From Octopus sinensis (lineage: Eukaryota), in the NCBI RefSeq assembly GCF_006345805.1, contig NC_043006.1, forward strand, positions 75,268,001-75,332,000: 64,000 nucleotides of DNA, read 5' to 3'. Both the position numbers and the translations under genes were made by a program. The notes beneath the pieces were generated by a model. That model saw only the letters and a program-made list of their open reading frames with translations. It was not told where the DNA came from and did no database searches. Each line of letters begins with the position of its first letter. Positions within the stretch are counted from its first letter, which is position 1. Below, in pieces: positions 54,306 to 64,000 of the stretch.

Positions 54306-55001
54306 TCACAAAGACAGAGGAATTACATGGATGCAAGCTCTATCCTGTTTCCCCAGTGGTAATAGCAAAAATTTCGCTAGACTTTATTTGTGTGTGCCTG
54401 TGTGTGTTGGGCTGAACTGTGGCCTGATATTTGTGTGTGCCTGAGTGTGTTGGGCTGAACTGTGGCCTGATATTTGTGTGCCTAAATATATACTTATATA
54501 TTGTATATATGCTAAAAGACTTTTAAGTCACCCTCTGTATTATTCTTGAAATTATAATTGTTTGATTGTCTTGGCAGGCCTTGTCTCCTCAACTTAGTAT
54601 CTAACTCAAAAATCTTCCACTTTTCGCACACAGCAAGATTAAAACTTGTTTAATCTTAACATATGTTTTCGTATATTTTAGCTGTTTTGTATATATGTAT
54701 GACTTAATAGAGAACACGCGTGGGTAGAATCAATTTGAATTTACTGGTATAGAATATGTATTTCTTTATTACAATTATAAAAATTAATACATAGAAAGGA
54801 CGAATACAGGACATACATACATACAAGAAAATTTAAGAGAATCGATTAAAAAAAGTTTCGTTTGTATTCGTTATAAGTAATAGTTTTTGCGTAACTAGTG
54901 TTACAAACACTTGTAGCTGACCTTTGTGATTTTACTGGAGCTTTCACACCCCGGCAATTGTTGAGGCCCTGCAGCTTCCACTTCCTCTCTCTCCTCCATG
55001 G

Positions 55002-58000
55002 TCAAGCTGGCCTTCTCGTACCCACCTTTCTTTCCACTTCCTTCCATCTATTCGCATACACTCCCCGCGGCAGGGTCCTCCTCTCCAGTCCCATCTTGCT
55101 TCTCAGATGATATCTGAAGTAGGTGAGCAAGCCGGGCCGGAGACAAATGACCCTGTCGCGGTTCCTTCCATTCTCGTTCTCCACATGCATTCCTTTACCA
55201 CTGCAACCGTGCAGTGAAAACATGCCTCACCTTCCTTCGAGAGTCCAGTTGGCGGTATCATCTTAATCATAGACTCAGCCGACAGCTGTACTCGTCCCAG
55301 ATGCGATAACACGTGTTCTGCGTAACTTATCAAGTCGTTCAACTTCCGACAATGAAAAAAAGCGTGCTGAACGGTTTCATCGTCCAGCCCGCATCTTGGA
55401 CACGTCGGTGGCACTGGAACTCCGTGCCGTGATAACTTTTCGCGAACAGGTAAAGCATTCCTGTAGCACTGCCAAGCCAGGGATCTTTGAAAATTATCCA
55501 AATACCCCGACCTGAACGTTTTCTTAAACAGATTGGCAAGCTGGTTTTCATCAAACCCCAGAGCCCCTCCTAGGACGTCATCGTTTTTACCTTCTACCAG
55601 CCCTCTATAAAATGCCGAGGTGGTATTTCCGCAGCCGGCCTTGCCCGTCCTGTGGATCAGCGTGAGTGCCTGTCGGCACTCCTTTTGCCATGGAGTCAGA
55701 TTGCATCTTCTGATGTAACCGGGTTTAAAATTAACTAAGGAGGCCGGTCTCGGAAAAAATCCCTCTGCCAACGGACTCCACACCTTATCACCTTCCAGGT
55801 GGTGCCAGAGATGTCTTAGTCTCAACGCATGTCTGCGCATCATTAACCAAGGCATCCCTAACCCACCCTTTAACGGTTCTTGACAGCACACGGAGCGTCT
55901 CACAAGTGGCTTTCCTCCTTTCCACAAAAAGCGGAAGAGGGCTCGTTCCAACTTGTTAAGCCATGAGTCGGGGCAAGGGACGACGGTCAGGCGGTAGGTG
56001 ATTACGGATGCAATAAACATCTGCACCACCTCCGCCCTTCCTTTCAAGGACAGAGACCTTCCGGACCAGGTCCGTATTATGGCCTCCACCTTGCCCGTCA
56101 CCTCGCTCCAGTTCTTCTCCGTTGGGAGTCCGGTCCAAACCAGACTCCCAGCAACTTAACAGGGCCATCCGTCCAGTGTCCCACAACACTGGACAATATC
56201 GGCTTGTTCCTCCAGGTGCCGAGGCGCAAGCCGACCGATTTGTCCCTGTTAACCTTTGCTCCTGCCACCGCCTCGTATCCTCTGATAGCCTCCTCTACAC
56301 CAGGTAGTTGGGCCTCCTTGGACACGATGAGGGTGATGTCATCCGCATAGGCAGTGACCGACCTCCCACCTCCGATTCCATCTGAGTTACTCCCCAGCCT
56401 CTCCAACCTTCGCAGTAGTGGCTCGAGAGCCAATACGTACAAAAGTGGTGACAAGGGGCACCCCTGACGTACTGAACATTCGATCGAAAACGGTTCTGTT
56501 AGGTAACCGTTTATCTGGACGGTGGACTTGATGCCGCTGTACATAGCGGAGATCCACCCGCGGAATTCGGGACCCAGTCCGGTCGCTTCGAGGACCGCCG
56601 CCAGGTACCCATGGTCTACCCTATCGAAGGCTTTACTTTGGTCCAAGTGGACCATTACCCCACCTTTGCCGGTTATTTTACCCACCCTATCTAAGGTGTA
56701 GCGTATAAGGTGAAGGTTGTCCTGGATCGACCTGCCTGGAATTGCACATGTCTGTGCTCTCCCTACAAGTTTCTCCACGACAACCGTCAACCTTTTTGCT
56801 AACACCTTGGCCAAAATCTTTAACTCTACATTAAGTAGAGTTATGGGCCTGTAGTTACTAATCATATCCCCTTTGCTCGGGTCTTTCTGGATTAGCGTCA
56901 CCACTCCCCGGCTTACAGAACTGGGAATTCTCCCGTTCTGCTGCCAGTTCGTGTAGACGCCTGCCAGTATTCCCCCGAACAAATCCGGCATATTTTGGTA
57001 AAACTCGTAGGGCAGACCATCCAGCCCCGGCGATTTCTCCCCGGCGCACTCGGCCAGCACTTCCCTTATTTCCGCGGGAGTGATCGCTCCCTCACAGCAC
57101 TCCGCCTCACGCCCCGCGAGCCGCGGCCCGCCGGCCAGGAAGTCCTTAAGGCACTCCCCCGGTCCAGCGGGCCACCACCCCCGAACGCGCGCGCGAAATG
57201 CTGGTGAAGAAACTTTTGCATCTCCTCCTGTCCATAGATCTTTTGTCCCTGTTCGCCAGTCAAAGATTTTATTGAGGCTCTGTTGCCTCTCTTACTCTCC
57301 ACACGACGGGCCCATCCGGCTACGTTAACACCTTCTCGTTTCCCGGCGCGCAGCTTAGCTCTGACTCTGCAACCTTCGTGTTTGGAGTCAAGGTGTCGGT
57401 ACAATACCGTCCTTGCCGCCAGTACTCCGGATGCAGAGCCAGCTTCCATTGCCTCGTCTAGCTTCTTAACTAAATCGCCCTCTAGACTAGCCCTATCTGT
57501 CCTTATCTGATTGCTAAATCTAACGGACTCTAATCGAATGGCTCTTTTGAGGGCGTGCCACCATCTATTGTTAATGACGGTGCCGCACAATGCCCTCTGA
57601 ACTAACTCCTTAATCCGGGTACGGAAGTCTTCACAATTCAAAATAGCCTTGTTCAGCTTCCAGTACCCGGGTCCCTGTCTATGACACTTGTCTAATTGCA
57701 CCTCACACGTCACAAACTTGTGATCCGAGTAAGGTACAATATGAAATTGTGGACAACTAAACGTATCCTTATCTCTTTTTTTATAATTATCCTATCTAGG
57801 TACGATCTGTGTGAGCCGTCGTTGTTACTCCACGTCCACTGTGGAACGCTCGGCTCATCCAGTCGGTAACGGTCCACTAGATCAAAGCTCTCCAGTAGAC
57901 CCTTGAGGCTAGGATTCCCCTTCCTATTAGTTGAGCCAACACTGTCGATGTGCGCTTCAAGGACAGTGTTAAAGTCCCCTACTAGTATTACTGTTTTCGA

Positions 58001-58387
58001 CGTCGCCAGAAAGGGCTCCAGGCTTCGAAAGAAACCCGACTGTCTACCCTCGTTCGGGGCGTAGACAGCTACCAACCTGAAGGACTGTTTACTTGCGTGA
58101 GTCACATCCAGGACAACCAGCCTGCCTTCTGGGTCCAGAAAGACAGTACTTACCTGCAAGTCCAAGCTCTTCCTGATGAAGACTGCCACGCCTCCGCCTC
58201 TTCCTCGGCTAGGAGAAATAAATTTCTCGAAACCATTTAGAAGAGGTGAGAACGCTTGGGTCTCGCTCATCTTGGACTCGGTTACGATAGCAACATCTAT
58301 ACCGTGTGTCGTGAGGTCGTTCAGGAAACAAATTTGTTTCCATTTCGACCCCATTCCACGTATGTTTATACAGCCCAGCTTGGCCAT
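55002..58387 (-). CDS. Tx1-type ORF2: APE endonuclease, reverse transcriptase, C-terminal CCHC (four -1 frameshifts; ~1129 aa if repaired)
   Basis: MAKLGCINIRG, IVTESK, VYAPNE, LVGDFN, YLDRI, SDH (after repair), KSPGLDGLPYEFY, NYRPITLLN, LDQSKAFDRVDH, VRQGCPLSP, AYADD, CPRC...ETVQHAFFHC. Frameshifts near 57776-57782, 57146, 56123, 55133. Confidence 0.92.
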
Positions 58388-58415
58388 TGTGGGCGAGGGA
58401 GGAAAATAATTATAC

Positions 58416-59839
58416 TCACGGTTGTGAAAGGGAGCACGGCGGTCTGATTTTGCCTGCTTCCCTTTCTTCCGCTACTGCAGGGCCTTTGACCGGCGTTGCC
58501 ACTGGGCTCTGGGTTGGTGTGGTTGCCGGGGTTATTGTTAGTTTTCCTTCTAACACCTCTTTGGTGACATCTCTTATTAGGCGGTTCTTCAGGTGTTCCT
58601 GAAGAACCTCCTCCTTCCATTCGTTCTCGCCTACCTTGGCGAAGCGCGCAATTGCTTTTCCATCTGAGGTTCTGCTATACAGCATGAACCTCGACAGTTT
58701 GCAGCATTTGTAAACTTTTTCGTTTTTTTCATCAAACGCAATTATTTTTTCATTTTTCAATAAACATTTTTTAGGATCTTGTTTTACGGGGAGGGGCTTG
58801 GCAAACTGTTTTCCAATGAAAACAGTGCCGTGGGGGTAGGGTTGGGGGATTTGTTTAATGTGTGTGTCTGCAGTGTTAGTTGTTTTTTTCCTTGTTTGGG
58901 GAGGGGAGTCCAGGGTATTTTCTTTTTTTCTTTTGTGCGTAACTTGGGTGTATTCCATCGGTTCTATTTGGTCTATTTTTGCTTCCGTATTTTTCTTTGT
59001 CGTTTTGTTGTTCTTCTTAGCTTCCTCTCCCTCCGCATTGGGTACACTTGGAGGGGCCGCTTCTTCTGTTCTTTTTTTCCTGATGCAATTGGAACGGACG
59101 TGACCCTTTTCTCCACACTTGAAGCATCTGGGTCTTCGTCCTTCCACCGACACTCTCATGGACGTGCCATCCTCGTTAAAAATCCTGTCAGGCAGGCTCT
59201 CCAAGATCTTGTTCTCTGCCTGTACGAGGAGCTCCAGAGTCTGACCCCTCCAACGTACCGCTTCCTTCCTTCTCATTTGCAGTATGTTCATTTCGCGTTC
59301 CACATCATGTAAGACCGCCGCTGCTACCCACATGGTGTCGTATCCTCTGGGTATGTCTTCAACCGTTACCTTTGCGGTTCTCTTCCCCATATACGAGGGT
59401 AGCAGCATGATGTCGTCGTTTTTAAGGGTCAACGACGACACCTCCTTCGCCACCTCTGCCGTGTCAAAGTGTGCTTCGATCGTGGCACTTCGTGCACCTC
59501 TCACTATATGGCGAATTTTATCCCACACCGGGGCCAAGCATTTCTCAACGGTTTCGTTTTTTACTTCCATGATCTTTTTTTCTTTAAAGTTGTACACTTT
59601 ATAGATTACGATCTTTTCCTTAATTCTTGCACCTTCGCTTGCGGCGGCACAAGCCTTATTTCTCCTCCTTCTAGTTTTACCAAATTCCTATATTCGTACA
59701 GTTGTTCAATCTTGAATTCTATCTCCAACATGGCGCCGCCCACCGCGGCCGAGAATGATTGCCTGGGTACTTGATTTTCCTCTTTTTCACCTTTTCCCAT
59801 CACGGGAAAGTCCTCCTTCGACGTCAGGTCGAACTCCAT
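58416..59839 (-). CDS. Tx1-type ORF1 (RRM-like region, CCHC zinc knuckle; one -1 frameshift near 59610; ~474 aa if repaired)
   Basis: ORFs 59839-59606 and 59597-58416 join as ...ELRKRSVIYKVYNF with one added G; CFKCGEKGHVRSNC knuckle. Confidence 0.85.
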
Positions 59840-60247
59840 CTCTGAAAGTTACCTTTAAGGTAACAAGAATATGGTTAGTACAAAATTTTCTGCCCCTACT
59901 GGTATAGAATATGTTCCTTCTTTGTACGTGTGCGTATTTTATATACATGTCTTACTCCCAACATGCATTTTTAAAAGGGAAATTATTCCAAGAAGTTTCA
60001 AAATATATCAGTTATATTTATATTAAATGATACATTCCAAATAAAGTTTGTGAGATAGATTTCATAAAAAAAGATGAGCCTAAAATTTTCAACATTATAC
60101 AATAAAATGTTCTCCCGAAGAACCGTTATGAATTTGTATCCAAATGCACTGTTAATACCCGTTGCAGAAGATGCCGATAGTAACAATGGTGAAACGAGCG
60201 TAGGAAACAAATGGTATAAACGGCATGTTGTATTTATCCTGCTTTTC

Positions 60248-60651
60248 GGATCTTTTCGGTTTGAACGGCAGTTTTTAAAAATAATTTCCACGTAACTAAA
60301 CACTTTTAAACTTCGTATACTGGTAGAATGTGTTTATAAAACATCTTTTTCTCTTGGCTTTATTGAGAAAATTCTATAGTTTGTAAGATATTTGTTGTTT
60401 TTTTTTCTTCAATTTCTACAATTTCAACCAATCAATGACGTCTATTGAGGTGAAAACATTCTGTGCCGTATGAATATGTCCCTCGTTTAAGAAACAGATT
60501 GGCTTTATTTACATTTGTGAAGAAAAAAAGATACCCTTCCCCTAACCCTAACACAGATTGAAATGCAATAGATCGATACTAGGGTCATAATTATGGGTGA
60601 CAATTTCATATGACACCGCTAGAAAAAACTGCCGTTCAAACCGAAAAGATC
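60248..60651. mobile_element. Merlin-like MITE, copy 2
   Basis: Same TIRs and interior as 47188-47618; TSD degenerate. Confidence 0.8.
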
Positions 60652-63285
60652 GTTTTTCCTATACTTTGTTTATCGTAATCGTGAATGCTGCTAAGTAGAC
60701 CACTTAGCTGGAAGTAGACTGTATTAACATACTCTATGTAGAGCAGTGACAGTTGCACATCTAACTGTAAACACAGGAAGAACTATAAAATGTATGTTGC
60801 CTGTAAATCATGAATTGATTTACATTATTGATAATTTAATGTCATATTCAATAGGATTCATTCTTTCAGAAATTCCAATGTTCAGGGAGTTATTAGCTTA
60901 AATGAAAAAATGTGTGTGTGTGTAGAATATATGCGTTGTGAAATACTACACGTAACAAAAAGTTCGGGTATTTCTTGTTAACCACTGAAGAGGTGTATAA
61001 TTATAACATAATTTTCAACAAACAATTCTATAGTCTTCACAATTAATTTAACAAAACGCGTGTATGTTTTAGAAAGCATAAAATACCATGTATGTTTATT
61101 TGTTTTTGCTTAATACTACACATAGATGTGTAATTATGATGTGCATATACACAAACACAGGTGCGCGCTCATATATTTACATAATACACACATACAGGTG
61201 TCTCTTACGTCTTAAGTTGACCAGTGGCAGATGAAATTCTGTAATCATGTTTACACCCTTCCAAAAGTTAGTGTTGTATCCCTTTCTCTCTCATAACTTT
61301 ATTTATGCGCCTTTTTCAAGCCTAGCCAGGCTCATGGGCTCGGTTTCCCGGCTTCTATGGTGTATGTGTCTCCCTCCCCAGCTGGACGGGACGTCAGTCC
61401 ATTGCAGCGTTACTCAAGAAACAAGAAGAAAGAGTGAGAGAAAGTTGGGGCAAAAGAGTACAACAGGGGTCGCCACCACCCCCTGCCGGAGCCTCGGGGG
61501 AGCTTTATATGTTTTCGCTCAATAAACACACACAACGCCCTGTCTGGGAATCGAAACCGCGATCCTCCGACCGCGAGTCCGCTACCCTAACCACTAGGCC
61601 ATTGCGCCTCCACTCTCTCATGACTTAGCGCTTGTATAAATAGAGTGCGATAAAATAAATACGAAACTAAAAAAAATATCAGAGTATGGAGTGGGGTCGA
61701 TAAGGTCGACTAAATGACCGCCTCCCGAAGGTGGTGTTCTTGCATAACCGTAATTCCATCACTGAAATTAGTGAATGAATAAACGAATAAATAAATGTGT
61801 TCGTTGATTGTGTCATTGGTTTATGAGATGAATTCGACTTTATCGAAGCTCGAGATTAATACCATTAAAACGTCCTGATATCGGTTGATATATGGAATGT
61901 TAAACTTAGCAACTGCTTGTTATTTCAATTCAAGTCCTGAGTTTTAATTAAATCAGATTAGCCGTTCAGAAATTGCCGAAGTCATCGGATATTTTGACAA
62001 GGACAGACTGCTACTTTGGAATGATTTTATATTGATGCCGTTTGCAATTATTGGTTGTCTCATATTTTGCATCGATGTTGTTGCCGCTGCTTCTGTGTAT
62101 AGGAGGAAAATGATTACTCTGGTTTTGAATCTCACCAAAAATGTGGTATATCTGTGGTAAATACATAGGCGATAGAGTCTCACATATGGAATATATATGT
62201 CTTTACTACCCACAAGGGGCTAAACATAGAGGGGACAAACAAGGACAGACAAACGGATTAAGTCGATTACATCGACCCCAGTGCGTAACTGGTACTTAAT
62301 TTATCGACCACGAAAAGATGAAAGGCAAAGTGGACCTCGGCGGAATTTGAACTCGGAACGTAACGACAGACGAAATACGTATTTCTTTATTACCCACAAG
62401 GAGCTAAAGACAGAGGGGACAAACAAGGACAGACATAAGTATTAAGTCGATTGTATCGACCCCAGTGCGTAACTGGTACTTAATTTATCGACCACGAAAG
62501 GATGAAAGGCAAAGTCGACCTCGGCGGAATTTGAACTCGGAACGTAACGACAGACGAAATACGGCTACGCATTTCGCCCGGCGTGCTAACGCTTCTGCCA
62601 GCTCGCCGCCTTTAGAAATACCAAGCAAGGGATTTAATTTTGATAATCCTTTCTACTCAAGTCACACGGCCTGAAATTTTGGAGGAAGGATAAAGTCGAT
62701 CACATCGACCCCAATGAGTAACTGGTACTTATTTCATCGATCCCGAAAGGATGAAATGCGAAGTCGACCTCGGCGGAATTTGAACACAGAACGCAAGGAC
62801 GGACGGAATGCTGTGAAGCATTTCGTCCGGCGCGCTAACGATTCTCCCAGCTCGCCACTTTAGATTTATCTCCAATAATACCAGATAATCCACGTAATAT
62901 GTTGGCTTCCCTACGATTTCGAATAATGTGGTCGCTTGATTGTTCTCTTACGGTAGGACGAATTTGGCTTGTTTAGTCCTGCTAGGGGCCTACAGCATTT
63001 TTCACAGATGTGACAGTAATGGGTGCCTTTTACAACAGGTGTTCAGAGAGCGTAATACATACGCTGACGCACACCTTCATTTCCCCTTGAAATTTGTCAT
63101 TGCTTTGCTTTTTTTTTGGCCATAGTATGCAATACATAATGGAGATACAGTTCTATATTTAAGAGATGAGGAATTATGTACATTATTTACATTACTTACA
63201 TTTGATGGATATTTGTCCTCATCTTGTTTGTTGTTAACACAACGTTTTTGCTGATATACCTTCCAGCCTTCATTAGGTGTCATAT

Positions 63286-63460
63286 GACGTAGTGGTTAAG
63301 AGCGCGGACTACTAACCCCAAGATTCCGAGTTCGATTCCAGACAGTGACCTGAATAATAATGATAATAATAATAACAATAACAACAATAATAATAATAAT
63401 TATAATAACAACAACAATGATAATAATAATAATGATAACAATAACAATAATAGTAATAAT
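63286..63460 (+). mobile_element. Short tRNA-derived SINE with (AAT/AAC)n tail
   Basis: A box TAGTGGTTAAG, B box GAGTTCGATTCC, no proper acceptor stem, followed directly by the repeat tail. Confidence 0.6.
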
Positions 63461-63477
63461 AATAATATTTGTCAGAA

Positions 63478-64000
63478 CGCATTTGTCCGCGTTCTGTACT
63501 TTGGCAGGTCTGATGCTTCTATCATTTCACGGAACAATAGATTCCTGAATATCAATCTATCCCCCACACCGCCAAACATCTGCCAAATCAAATGTGAGTT
63601 CAAGACACTACACGTGTCAACTAAATACAAGAAAATATTTTTGTACCGTTTCACAAATTTTCTCATCGATTTGTGTTGTGTCAGCTGCTGGATTTGAGCG
63701 ATCGACCCCACCCAAAACTTCATTGTACGAAATAGCTACACTCGGTTTCATTATGGTATTACCGTCGGTGTCTTATTTCTTAGTGTCCTCCATGCTTGCA
63801 GAATGCATTGTGGGTAACATACAGATGTTTGTTTTTTTTTTGTCAATCCACACTAGAGCGAGAATGTCACTATCGGTGCATCGGTACGCTGCTTCCCCCT
63901 TTCGAAGTTTCATCTTGTGATGATCGGGTGACACGTTTTTCCTGTGCGTTCTCAGCTTCAGTCCCCGCCTGCGACTGCTGGAAGAGGTTTGGACTAGAAA
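63478..64000 (-). pseudogene. piggyBac (PGBD-like) transposase remnant, C-terminal catalytic region
   Basis: Translates KLRKGE...LALVWIDKK..NICMLPTMH...*...MKPSVAISYNEVLGGVDRS^QQL...RKFVKRYKNIFLYLVD; the GGVD motif holds the third catalytic Asp. One stop and one frameshift; runs off the window edge. Confidence 0.8.

Larger units (their letters stand above)
54760..59896 (-). mobile_element. Full-length Tx1/L1-clade non-LTR retrotransposon (5137 bp)
   Basis: Perfect 18-bp TSD TACTGGTATAGAATATGT at 54742-54759 and 59897-59914; ORF1 plus ORF2; AATAAA at the extreme 3' end. Confidence 0.95.

Noticed and set aside
54742-54759. Tx1 insertion into U2 or another snRNA or tRNA
   Set aside because: The reconstructed empty site resembles no RNA gene I recognise.
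60751-60960. Possible exon pair flanking a ~79-nt intron
   Set aside because: Splice signals are plausible, but one joined frame gives an immediate stop and the other is uninformative.
63286-63352. tRNA gene
   Set aside because: A and B boxes are present, but acceptor and anticodon stems do not close and a repeat tail follows; SINE heads elsewhere were rejected likewise.

Overview
AT-rich eukaryotic DNA packed with microsatellites and transposable elements. The SINE families and repeat landscape look like an octopus (cephalopod) genome; this is my recognition, not a database result. I cannot identify a host protein-coding gene. A few plus-strand splice signals suggest the window may lie inside a very long intron. 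The only long coding unit is a full-length Tx1/L1-clade non-LTR retrotransposon (54760-59896, minus strand, 18-bp TSD). Its ORF1 and ORF2 are broken only by five single-base deletions. Other elements: fragments of R4/Dong-type (RLE) LINEs, RTE-type LINEs, Tc1/mariner and piggyBac transposases; MULE-, Merlin-, piggyBac- and Helitron-type MITEs; at least five tRNA-derived SINE families; Penelope-type ends with minimal hammerhead ribozyme motifs. Most interesting: (1) a ~1.04-kb tandem unit with a hammerhead in each copy (retrozyme-like); (2) a recursive-splicing-like AG|GTAAGT site with an all-frame poison exon; (3) the probably intact Tx1, whose 57-nt leader carries a TACTAAC branch point and acceptor just before the ATG; (4) a 227-nt rod-like hairpin; (5) RLE elements inserted tail-to-tail into SINE (ATT)n tails. 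Nearly all other ORFs in the track are simple-repeat artefacts.
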